A stretch of DNA of 64,000 nucleotides from Bacteriovoracaceae bacterium (GTDB lineage Bacteria > Bdellovibrionota > Bacteriovoracia > Bacteriovoracales > Bacteriovoracaceae). Under the pieces are notes generated by a model that was not told the DNA's origin, did not search any database, and was given only the letters and a program-made list of their open reading frames with translations. The translations under genes and the position numbers were made by a program. The stretch covers positions 1,899-65,898 of the forward strand of contig DAIPJL010000001.1 of assembly GCA_036770305.1 (NCBI GenBank). The letters run 5' to 3'. This document shows, in pieces, positions 46,440-55,073 of the stretch (position 1 is the stretch's first letter; the number at the start of each line of letters is the position of its first letter).

Positions 46440-46817
46440 ATGCGTAACATTCTCATCGCTCTTATCCTTATGACCGCAGCCCTCCCTGCCTTTGCACGCG
46501 CCCGACTTTGCCCGGCCGGAAGCGAGGTGCTCGTCAGCTGCACCGCCACTGCGACTCTGCCCTTGGTACCCTTCGTCGCCGTCTGCGCCATCGACGAAGA
46601 TGCCTTCATCGTGCTCGATCCGGGTGCCGGCCGCCAGCCGATGAGCTACCAAGCCGCCGCCCGTGCCTATGAGACCATGACCACTTGGTACGCCAAGGCC
46701 GGTGCCGCTGCTGATAATCTTAAACTTGAAATTGATCACGAAGCACGTGGGCGCAGCAACGCCGTACTGAGCTTTGACTCGGTTTTTGGTGGTGTCAGCC
46801 GATTCCTCTGTCGCTAA
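46440..46817 (+). CDS. Small secreted hypothetical protein
   Basis: ATG at 46440 preceded by AAAGGA. Signal peptide MRNILIALILMTAALPAFARA. 4 Cys. Confidence 0.55.
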   Translation: MRNILIALILMTAALPAFARARLCPAGSEVLVSCTATATLPLVPFVAVCAIDEDAFIVLDPGAGRQPMSYQAAARAYETMTTWYAKAGAAADNLKLEIDHEARGRSNAVLSFDSVFGGVSRFLCR

Positions 46818-46827
46818 TATCCCCGCA

Positions 46828-48171
46828 ATGAAGCGAGTTCTAATTATTGGTGCAGGACCAGCGGGCTTGAGTTGTGCATACAAACTCAGGAATTCGCCCT
46901 TCGAGGTGACGATTGTCGATGCCGAATCAACAGTCGGAGGCCTTTCGAAGACAATTTTCTATAAAGGATACCGCTTCGACATCGGGGGGCACCGCTTCCA
47001 CACCCGAGAGAAAGAAGTTTCAGATTTCTGGGCTGAGGTTTTCGGGGGACGCTTTCTTCGCCGTCAACGAAAATCTCGGATCGTCTTCAATGATAAAATG
47101 CTGGATTATCCGTTGAAGCTGCAAAGTCTCGTACGGAGTTTGAGTCCTTGGATGCTGCTGCGAATTTTTCTTTCCTACGCTCATGCAGTCCTGTTCAATC
47201 GGAAATCCGTGGGCTCGTTCCAAGACTGGGTTGTGAGTAGGTTCGGTCGCAAGCTCTTCGACTTATTCTTTCGAGATTATACGGAAAAAGTATGGGGAAT
47301 TCCGTGTGAGAGATTATCCGCAAGCTGGGCAGATGAAAGGATACAGAATCTTTCGGTGTGGAAGGCGGTTTGCTCGGTATTCATGCGGATGAAAAACGTT
47401 AGAACTCTCGTCGACGAGTTCGATTACCCTCCCCTCGGCCCCGGTCAGTTTTGGGATGAGGTGCATGGGAGAATTCAGGATGCAGGCTGCCGACTCCTTC
47501 TTGGGTGCGCCGTAGTGGGTATCGAAAAAACGAGTGAGGAAGCATGGGCTTGCCGATTTTCGGATGGCACCACCTCAAAGTTTAGCGCGGTGGTCAGTAC
47601 GATGCCTCTCGAACGCTTCGTTGAGATTCTGAAGCCTACCGTTTCATCGGAGGCTCTGTTCGCCGCACGCAGTCTTCGGCACCGATCTTTCGTGATGGTC
47701 ACACTGCTCTACCGGGATACGCCAAACCCTTTTCCTGACAATTGGATTTACGTGCAGAGTCCGAAGTACAAGCTTGGCCGCATACAGAATTTCAGAAACT
47801 GGTCACCACTTATGACACCGGGAGAGCAGGACCTTTCTCTTGGCCTTGAATACTTTTGTGACTTTGGTGATCAATTTTGGTCACTAGGAGATGAAGAACT
47901 CGCGGAGCTCGCGAAGAGCGAACTTCACAGTCTGGGATTGGCACCTGTTTGCTCACCTCACGATTATCATGTCGTGAGATCGCGCTACGCGTACCCAGTG
48001 TACGAGTGCGGCTACGAGAAACGACTGGGATTGATTCTAAGTGAACTTCGCAGTCACGACCGACTCTACTTTGCCGGACGGGGAGGCCTCTACCAGTATA
48101 ATAACCAGGACCACGCGATCCTTGCTGGTTTTCAAGCCGCTCGTCAGCTCATCAGCGAAACTGGAGGATAG
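46828..48171 (+). CDS. FAD/NAD(P)-binding oxidoreductase (amine-oxidase / UDP-galactopyranose-mutase-like fold)
   Basis: ATG at 46828 gives MKRVLIIGAGPAGLSCAYKL (GxGxxG) ...VDAESTVGGL...GGHRFH. The track start at 46774 overlaps the previous gene. Confidence 0.8.
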   Translation: MKRVLIIGAGPAGLSCAYKLRNSPFEVTIVDAESTVGGLSKTIFYKGYRFDIGGHRFHTREKEVSDFWAEVFGGRFLRRQRKSRIVFNDKMLDYPLKLQSLVRSLSPWMLLRIFLSYAHAVLFNRKSVGSFQDWVVSRFGRKLFDLFFRDYTEKVWGIPCERLSASWADERIQNLSVWKAVCSVFMRMKNVRTLVDEFDYPPLGPGQFWDEVHGRIQDAGCRLLLGCAVVGIEKTSEEAWACRFSDGTTSKFSAVVSTMPLERFVEILKPTVSSEALFAARSLRHRSFVMVTLLYRDTPNPFPDNWIYVQSPKYKLGRIQNFRNWSPLMTPGEQDLSLGLEYFCDFGDQFWSLGDEELAELAKSELHSLGLAPVCSPHDYHVVRSRYAYPVYECGYEKRLGLILSELRSHDRLYFAGRGGLYQYNNQDHAILAGFQAARQLISETGG

Positions 48172-48178
48172 GCCATAC

Positions 48179-50350
48179 CTATCGCTCTTCGGGGATCACG
48201 TACAGGGTGATCCCGCGAACCTGAGCCACTGGCCGTGCATCACGGTAGGGTTTGGGATGGCATCGATCTTCGGTGTAGACAAATTCGAGGAGCACAAAAG
48301 GTGGAGGTGTTTTGACGAGGTCTATCGATTCGACACACTCGAGCCCTTCGGGCTCAACGTAAGGCCTGAGACAGGCTCCGCAGCTGACTATCGGTAGCTC
48401 CAGGTCCTTCGCCTTTTGAGCGACAAGCCTCGACTCGAGTTCCCATGTTGCGATACCCTTCGCTTTCAAAACCATGTTGTTGTAAACCAGCAACCCGATG
48501 AAGAATGCAAAGATTGACTCGCGAAGCAGGCGCGAGTTTGCGCACGCGAGTAGTGAAATGACGATCGTTGTAACCGCGGGAGCCGCGAGGATGCTTAGGT
48601 GCCTGGCCCCAATGGTGTGTGGAGAGAGTACCCAGAGCGCAAACCATGACATGAAGCAAAGGACAGAAGATCCCAAGAGCTGAAGCAGGCGTCGGCTCCG
48701 CTCGTTAGTCAATGTTGTGACGAGGTAACCGCTGCCGATGAAAAATGCTGGTGTAAGGAAGGTCGTTCCGGTTGTGCCAAAAATGAATCGGATTTTGTTC
48801 AGGATGAGATGCTGTGCCGGAAGCGCTATCTGGCGAGTGAAGAAAAAATCTAGCTGATAGCGATAGGTGTACACCAGCATGCTGAGCGCAACGCTGACGC
48901 CTGCGAGCTTGCCCCAGCAGCGGCGAGACAGGAGGCGTGGCACTACGAGCGCCGCCCCCAGGCAGATTGCGTAAAGTGTTCCGATGGTGCTGGCCAGACT
49001 GAGTGCCAAGAGACTCCAGATGATCGTCCGACCACTCAACCAGGCGAAGAAGAAGTACGAGAATGCCGCCGTCGTCAGTGCGTAGGGGCGGAGGTTCTGT
49101 GAAAAAAACACTGTCGAATACAGCGCCGTGTGAAACAGCGCTCCCCACAGCGCGGATCGGCGATCATCGAGAAGATCGTAGATCCCTCGGTAGGTGAATA
49201 CGATAGACAGGCCCGTTGCAAGAAGAGATGGAATCCGAAGCCAAACTTCGCTGCCCCCGACGAAATGATAAACTGATTTCAAAACCAAGTACGGAATTGG
49301 CTGCTGGAGGTCTCGGGTGAGGCAGAACTTTACGAGGTCTAGGAGTGATTGTTGGTGCAGCTTTTCGAGCATGAGGAGTTCGTCGAATTGGAAGTTCGGC
49401 GTTGCCATAATGGCATTCGCTATTCCGCATGCGGTGATAGCTGTCGCGAGCCCGAGGAGGGGGCCGAATTCGAGGCGCATGATCGAGAGCCGGCGGACGC
49501 CCCAGCGGATGAAGTTTAGGAAAAGATCTATGAGGTGAAACGAATCACCCCGCGATAGCCCCCGGAAAAGTGCTCGAATCTGGGAAGAGGCGACACGCCA
49601 CGGACGCCGGTCTCTGCTGATTAGTTCCGTCGAAGAGGGCGCCCATTTCTGAAGGTATCTGGCTTTGCTCCAGCCCTCGGAGATCGCCCGAACCAGATAG
49701 CTGATCCATCCGCCGCGGCCATAGACAACCCATGAGTGACATCCCGGGAGCTGAGTGAGCGTGTGCCCGAGTTGCGCACACCTCTTTGAGAGATCAATGT
49801 CTTCGTGGCGCGAAAGATTATCGTCAAAGCCGCCCAACTTTTCTAGCACGGCTCGCCGGTAGATACAGCTTGCGGAGTTGATCATTGGAGCTTCGGGAGT
49901 CTGAACCGACAAATGGTTGAAGGTGCCCTGTGTTGTTGTGCGAGTTGCCCTAAACCGATACTTTGCCAATGAAGGTGGGATTCCTGTGGACACGGGATAG
50001 ATCCTTCCCTGCCCACCGGCCGCATTAGTGGTGAGAAGTGTCGTCACGGCACGGTTAATCCAGCCTAGTGAGATTTGGACATCCGCATCGACGAAAGCCA
50101 CGAACTCACCTCGGGCCGCGCGCCAGCCGGTGTTGCGTGCGAGGCTCCTGCCTTTCTTTGAAGTACTGAGAACAATGACCTCGGGATAGGCCTTAGCGAG
50201 TGCAGGAAGAGAATTATTCTTCCCATTGTCGACGATAATAACCTCAAACGAGAAGGAGCACTTTTGGCGCACGATGCTTCGAATGCATCGCTCAAGGGTG
50301 GCGTCAGCATCAAAGGCCGGAACGACGATGCTCACCAGGGGACTCGTCAT
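48179..50350 (-). CDS. Fusion protein: N-terminal GT2 glycosyltransferase plus C-terminal polytopic GT-C-like (ArnT/PMT-like) domain
   Basis: 723 aa. N-terminus VSIVVPAFDADATLERCIRSIVRQ...FVDADV (GT-A/DxD). From about residue 290 there are roughly 11 or more TM helices, with a first-loop FQFDELLMLE acidic motif. Confidence 0.75.
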   Translation of the reverse strand: MTSPLVSIVVPAFDADATLERCIRSIVRQKCSFSFEVIIVDNGKNNSLPALAKAYPEVIVLSTSKKGRSLARNTGWRAARGEFVAFVDADVQISLGWINRAVTTLLTTNAAGGQGRIYPVSTGIPPSLAKYRFRATRTTTQGTFNHLSVQTPEAPMINSASCIYRRAVLEKLGGFDDNLSRHEDIDLSKRCAQLGHTLTQLPGCHSWVVYGRGGWISYLVRAISEGWSKARYLQKWAPSSTELISRDRRPWRVASSQIRALFRGLSRGDSFHLIDLFLNFIRWGVRRLSIMRLEFGPLLGLATAITACGIANAIMATPNFQFDELLMLEKLHQQSLLDLVKFCLTRDLQQPIPYLVLKSVYHFVGGSEVWLRIPSLLATGLSIVFTYRGIYDLLDDRRSALWGALFHTALYSTVFFSQNLRPYALTTAAFSYFFFAWLSGRTIIWSLLALSLASTIGTLYAICLGAALVVPRLLSRRCWGKLAGVSVALSMLVYTYRYQLDFFFTRQIALPAQHLILNKIRFIFGTTGTTFLTPAFFIGSGYLVTTLTNERSRRLLQLLGSSVLCFMSWFALWVLSPHTIGARHLSILAAPAVTTIVISLLACANSRLLRESIFAFFIGLLVYNNMVLKAKGIATWELESRLVAQKAKDLELPIVSCGACLRPYVEPEGLECVESIDLVKTPPPFVLLEFVYTEDRCHPKPYRDARPVAQVRGITLYVIPEER

Positions 50351-51279
50351 ACAAGGATTTTCTTTCTAATTCCGAGAAGAATACCGAAAGCGATTCCGGC
50401 GCCCTGGCTAATTTGTGAGACGTATAGAAAGCTAGCAGCCTTTACAAGAGATAGGCGAGTACGCGAGTTAAGGAGTCGCAGGTTCCTCACCTGAGAGAGT
50501 CCCCACGCTGCCATGGACAGAGGGTAAAGTTTTGGGAAGCTTATGAGGGTTGCAAGCCCGAGCCAGCTTATTGCGATCCCGGCCAAGTCGCTACTCTTAG
50601 TGTGAAAGCGCTCTCCAAGAGATCCCTCCATCTGAAGAAGAGCATATTGTTGAGCGATACGGAAGTCGTACTCGGGCAGCCTGTGGAACGGTAAATGTTT
50701 GTTGTGGGTAAAGGTAGCACTGGGAACCAGTTCAATTGCGATTCCACGCTTTGAAAGGTCTAATCCCAGTCGTACATCCTCGAGTATGCGGTGTTCCGCC
50801 GGCCAAGATACCGGGAAGTTGAATGCACATAGGCTGCCATAGATGAAAGCTATGTTGGATGTGTGCTCGTGTCTGTGTCTAAGGAGGGCCATCTTGAGCC
50901 GCGTTGCCGTCTGTGAGCTATCGGAGCCACGTACTAGTCCCATTAGTGCCACCGGGGCTTTTGCCTCTGCGAGCCTCGTCCTAATTTCTCGAACGGTGCC
51001 AGGATCAAGCACGACGTCTGTGTCTACGAAAATCCTCCCTTGCCACTTTGCGAGTGTGCCACCGAGGTTACGAGCGGAAGCTGGTCCCATATTTTGTGGA
51101 TTTCGTATGAGTCGAATTTGTGGATTGTTTTGTGCAGGAAGCTGATCCTCGGAGGAGCCGTCGTCAGAAATTATCACTTCATCTAGAGGTTCTAGCTGAG
51201 GAAGAATCGATGCCAGAAGGCGGGAAGTATGTTGCCGGGCATTATAAGCCGGTATGATGATTGAAAGGGGAATCCCCAT
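50347..51279 (-). CDS. GT2-family glycosyltransferase
   Basis: 310 aa. LSIIIPAYNARQH...IISDDGSSED...FVDTDV. C-terminal TM helices. ATGA overlap with the downstream fusion gene. Confidence 0.85.
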   Translation of the reverse strand: MGIPLSIIIPAYNARQHTSRLLASILPQLEPLDEVIISDDGSSEDQLPAQNNPQIRLIRNPQNMGPASARNLGGTLAKWQGRIFVDTDVVLDPGTVREIRTRLAEAKAPVALMGLVRGSDSSQTATRLKMALLRHRHEHTSNIAFIYGSLCAFNFPVSWPAEHRILEDVRLGLDLSKRGIAIELVPSATFTHNKHLPFHRLPEYDFRIAQQYALLQMEGSLGERFHTKSSDLAGIAISWLGLATLISFPKLYPLSMAAWGLSQVRNLRLLNSRTRLSLVKAASFLYVSQISQGAGIAFGILLGIRKKILV

Positions 51280-51382
51280 GTAGTCACGGCCAGTGTATTG
51301 TTAATACTATGATTTTACCTGACTTAGTAAAAAAGGTCGATGTCGAAATTTCTCCGGATGTTAATCGGGATGTGTCATCACA

Positions 51383-52012
51383 ATGTTAAAGCTAGATGAC
51401 TTCGTCATCCGATTCGCAAGAGAGCTCCGCTTGCCTCTCCGAGAGATCCTGCGTATCCAGCAACTGGTTCAGCGTCACCCTCGCGTAAACTGGGACGACG
51501 CTCTAGGAGAATCGCAGCTGCGGAGTAAGCTAGAGCTCTGTCGGATGTTGCACGAAAATGACATAAGGCCGGATTTCATACAGATCCATGCGGGATGGAT
51601 CGGCTTGACAGCCTATCTCCTTCGTCTGGAGCCGAAGGCGCCGAAGAAAATCCAAATCATCGATCTGGATCCAGTCGCACTCGCCGCAGCACGGGACTTC
51701 TTAAGTGGGGTCGAAGTTTCTGTTCTTCAGGTAGACGTGAATACAGCGCCGATACCTGATGACGTCGATCTTGTGGTGAACACGTCCTGTGAGCACCTCC
51801 GGGATTTCTCGAGCTGGCTCGATCGGATTCCGCAAGGCGTACTATTTGCTTGTCAGTCGAATAATATGGTCGGGATCCATGCGCATATTAACTGCAGTCC
51901 TGATCTCATCCACTTTCAGGGATATTTCTCTAAGAGACTGATGATCGACACGTCTGTGGTGGATATGCCGGGAGGAAATGGCTGGCAGCGCTTCACCGTT
52001 TTGGGGCGCTAG
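51383..52012 (+). CDS. Class I SAM-dependent methyltransferase-like protein
   Basis: 209 aa. Motif I-like IHAGWIGLTAY, acidic beta2 end IIDLDP, DLVVNTSCEHL. Confidence 0.55.
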   Translation: MLKLDDFVIRFARELRLPLREILRIQQLVQRHPRVNWDDALGESQLRSKLELCRMLHENDIRPDFIQIHAGWIGLTAYLLRLEPKAPKKIQIIDLDPVALAAARDFLSGVEVSVLQVDVNTAPIPDDVDLVVNTSCEHLRDFSSWLDRIPQGVLFACQSNNMVGIHAHINCSPDLIHFQGYFSKRLMIDTSVVDMPGGNGWQRFTVLGR

Positions 52013-53526
52013 CGCTGTCGCCACCATCGTAGGGGAGATATGGGGTCCCTGAGGAAGTTTCCGATCGCGAGCGGAATTTCGGGGTCGAGGTAGTTCAAGT
52101 AGAAAATGCGAGCGCTCACTTCGAGCAGGAGGCGCCGTCGAATCGCACTCCCGCGGCCCTCTTGACGTGCCACTGGCTGCGGAAGGTGATAAACAGCGCT
52201 TGGGCAAAGAAAGAACCGAAGGCCTCTGATGTGTGCACGGTAGCCGAGGTCTGTGTCTTCGAAGCCGTAGAAAGTGTAGCACCGACGGAAGCCGCCGATG
52301 GCGAAGAATGTCGAGCGCTTCATTACGAGGGCGTAAGTGCAGGTGAACTTCCAGCGATCCGGCCGCTCATTCCATGCTGTGGAGCTGCGGAAGAATTCTT
52401 CCCAGTACGCGTTTTCATAGTACCCATCTAGCGGAGCACCTAGTCCTTGCCAGTCCTGCTTGAGGAAGAGGCGCTGTGCCATGACGATATCGTGTTTGGC
52501 ACTGGCGGCGATGAGGTCTTGGAACGCCTCTGGCGGCACGAGCATGTCTGCGTCGAGGAAGCATATGACGTTCCCACTGGCAAGGTCTGCGCCGACGTTC
52601 CTGGCGATTCCTGCGCGATACTGTGCGTCTCCCATTTGGCGAGGTGCCGTTCGGGCGAGGTGGACCACTGTTAAGGAGAACGTCGCCGTCTGGGTTGCTG
52701 CTTCCCGAAGGTACCCAGACGTCTCGTCAGTGCTTCCGTCATTAACGACGAGGACTTCGAGGCTGAGTCCCGTCGCAGGGGATAGTCGTGACAGTTGCTC
52801 AAGTACCGTAGGTAGCGTATCGATGTTGTTATAGGTTGGGATGATGATGGACACATCGGGTTTCTTAGGGGCTCCGCGAATCACCTGAGTCGGTTGGGGG
52901 AAAAGCTCTAGAGTGTCGGGCGTTCTTTTGTCGTAGCGATCGAGGCCGGGGAAACCTCGCACCTGGTGGCCGGTTGACCTAAGGACCTTCTCAAGGACTG
53001 AGACGAGCTCTCCGGCTGAAAGCAACCGTACTGATCCAGTGGCATGGTTTGCGGGTAGCAAGAAGAGCTTCGCCCGGAGATCCGCGGCGATCTCCTCGTA
53101 GGTCTTAAGTAGTTTTTGACGCGACTCTGGCACGACGAATGCGACGAACTGGTCTCCTTGACGCAGCCATGTGTCGAGCTCCTCTGAGGGCTCCGCGGGG
53201 GCGAGCAGCGCGTGTATCACGGGAGTGGTTTTTACGAGAGCCAGGGCCGCTTCCCGATAAATGACGACGGGGGTCATGTCTCGAAGTTGAATCTGCGATG
53301 CTAGCTCCGGAACGTCAAAATGGTAATGTGCGTTGCACGGAATGAGGACATGAGTCGCACCGGCGCGACGAGCTTCGCCTAGCTGTGAATCGAGAGCCTG
53401 TGGCATAGTGCCGGGACGACAAAAGCCGAGGTCGGTGCAGAAGCTGCAAGCCAGTGGACAGTTCGGCAATAGATTTAGCCGATAGACCAAATTTCCGACT
53501 TCGGGGAGTGTGGAGGAGGGCGTCAT
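52009..53526 (-). CDS. Two-domain protein: N-terminal CX3CX2C (radical-SAM-like) domain plus C-terminal GT2 glycosyltransferase
   Basis: 505 aa. C23-P-L-A-C27-S-F-C30 (nt 53437-53460). From about residue 235: VSIIIPTYNNIDTL...VVNDGSTDET...FLDADM. Confidence 0.7.
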   Translation of the reverse strand: MTPSSTLPEVGNLVYRLNLLPNCPLACSFCTDLGFCRPGTMPQALDSQLGEARRAGATHVLIPCNAHYHFDVPELASQIQLRDMTPVVIYREAALALVKTTPVIHALLAPAEPSEELDTWLRQGDQFVAFVVPESRQKLLKTYEEIAADLRAKLFLLPANHATGSVRLLSAGELVSVLEKVLRSTGHQVRGFPGLDRYDKRTPDTLELFPQPTQVIRGAPKKPDVSIIIPTYNNIDTLPTVLEQLSRLSPATGLSLEVLVVNDGSTDETSGYLREAATQTATFSLTVVHLARTAPRQMGDAQYRAGIARNVGADLASGNVICFLDADMLVPPEAFQDLIAASAKHDIVMAQRLFLKQDWQGLGAPLDGYYENAYWEEFFRSSTAWNERPDRWKFTCTYALVMKRSTFFAIGGFRRCYTFYGFEDTDLGYRAHIRGLRFFLCPSAVYHLPQPVARQEGRGSAIRRRLLLEVSARIFYLNYLDPEIPLAIGNFLRDPISPLRWWRQR

Positions 53527-53664
53527 GGCTGGGCGCTATGTGATCTCGGTGATGTTTTCAACAGCAGGATTTTTAGCTGGTCCTCCGAGTGTCACCAGCT
53601 AGGACATGCTACATTAACCTGTGGTTGAATTAGAAGATAACTTTTGTGTCTAGAAAGGTGTTGC

Positions 53665-55068
53665 ATGCATGACGATGCGGGGTACAGCCTCGAGCTCGTA
53701 AGGGCGCGAGCTCAGGAACTCCAGAAAGTCTCTCCAACTTTTTGTTTGGCGAAGTGGACGCAGTCGACGGTGCTGCTGCAGAACGGTTTGACACATTCCT
53801 GCCATCACCCCGCGCGGCACAGAATCTCTCAAGCAGATCTCGTGAATAATCCGCAGGGACTACACAATACGCCAGTGAAGCTCAGGGCTCGTTCTGAGCT
53901 CCTGCGCGGTAAGCAGACTCCCGAGTGCAGCTATTGCTGGAACATCGAAAACCTCAATCGTGGCCATATCTCGGATAGGATTTACAAATCGACCTACAGC
54001 TGGAGTTTCCCTCGTCTCGAGGAGATTCTGAGTTCGGGTTTGGGACAAGAAATAGCCCCTTCGTACTTAGAAGTTTCATTCGACTCGACGTGTAATGCGA
54101 AGTGCCTTTACTGCAACCCGGAGAGCTCATCCTCGTGGGAGGCAGAGATTCGTCGGTTTGGGCCGATGTCGCAAGTTGAAAAGCCGCTGTACGACCTAGG
54201 GGACATGCATAAGCGGGGTGCGCTTCCGATACCGCCGGAGGAGCCGAATCCGTACACCGAAGCATTTTGGAAGTGGTGGCCGGAAATTTATCAAAAGTTA
54301 ATGGTCCTGCGCATTACCGGGGGCGAGCCTTTATTATCGAATCATACGTGGAGGCTTATCGAGGAGGTGCTCGCCTCGCCGAGGCGGGAGCTAAGATTCG
54401 CAGTGAACTCCAATCTTTGCATCCCTCGCTCCCTCGTCACTCGGCTCGTTGATCAGATCAACGCCCTCGCAGGCAAGATTCACTCGTTCGAGGTTTACAC
54501 GAGTCTCGAGTCGGTCGGGACGCAGGCGGAGTATGTCCGCTACGGCATGCGTTTCGATGACTTTCTGGAGAACTGTCACTACGTTCTGGATCACACTCCG
54601 CCCTCATCTCGGCTGCACTTCATGACGACAATAAACCTGCTGAGCGCTCCGAGTTTCCTCGGCTACCTAGAGCTGCTTCGAAATCTTCGACGAAAGTATA
54701 AGGTCTCAAAAAATGACTTTCGTGTGCGCACGTTCCTGAACTATCTGCGCTGGCCACAGTTTCTCTCGCTGTCGCTCCTTCCGCAGCACCTCAAGGACGT
54801 CTACGCGGATGAGTGGGTTGAATTTGTGAAGAAGCACCTCGTTACGGCTTCCAGCGGTGATGCCGTGTTCTACGAAGAAGAGCTCGATCAGGTCGAGCGT
54901 CTCGTGGCCTACATGCAGACCTGCGTCCCTGAAAAAAGAGACTTCGAAAACTTCAGACTATTTATTACAGAGATAGACCGTCGTCGTGGTCTTGATTTCG
55001 TGGCAACGTTCCCGGAGCTGCGAATTCTATTGGAGCGGGGATACTTCGGAGAGCTCCGAAGGAAGTAG
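53665..55068 (+). CDS. Radical SAM enzyme with N-terminal Cys-rich (twitch-like) extension
   Basis: ATG at 53665 with an AAAGGTG RBS. CNAKCLYC (CX3CX2C, nt 54091-54114) and LRITGGEPLL (GGE motif). Four additional N-terminal Cys (FCLAKW, SCHH, ECSYCW). Confidence 0.8.
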   Translation: MHDDAGYSLELVRARAQELQKVSPTFCLAKWTQSTVLLQNGLTHSCHHPARHRISQADLVNNPQGLHNTPVKLRARSELLRGKQTPECSYCWNIENLNRGHISDRIYKSTYSWSFPRLEEILSSGLGQEIAPSYLEVSFDSTCNAKCLYCNPESSSSWEAEIRRFGPMSQVEKPLYDLGDMHKRGALPIPPEEPNPYTEAFWKWWPEIYQKLMVLRITGGEPLLSNHTWRLIEEVLASPRRELRFAVNSNLCIPRSLVTRLVDQINALAGKIHSFEVYTSLESVGTQAEYVRYGMRFDDFLENCHYVLDHTPPSSRLHFMTTINLLSAPSFLGYLELLRNLRRKYKVSKNDFRVRTFLNYLRWPQFLSLSLLPQHLKDVYADEWVEFVKKHLVTASSGDAVFYEEELDQVERLVAYMQTCVPEKRDFENFRLFITEIDRRRGLDFVATFPELRILLERGYFGELRRK

Positions 55069-55073
55069 CTCGT

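Noticed and set aside
46329-46830. Island boundary elements (tRNA, integrase, att direct repeats, IS ends)
   Set aside because: I looked at the junction where composition changes. I recognised no tRNA-like cloverleaf, recombinase ORF or repeated flank, so I do not call a mobile element.
48167-48183. 6-bp hairpin GATAGG-CCATA-CCTATC spanning the convergent stops of the FAD oxidoreductase and the GT2::GT-C gene
   Set aside because: The stem is too short and AT-containing to call a terminator with confidence, and there is no U-tract on either strand.
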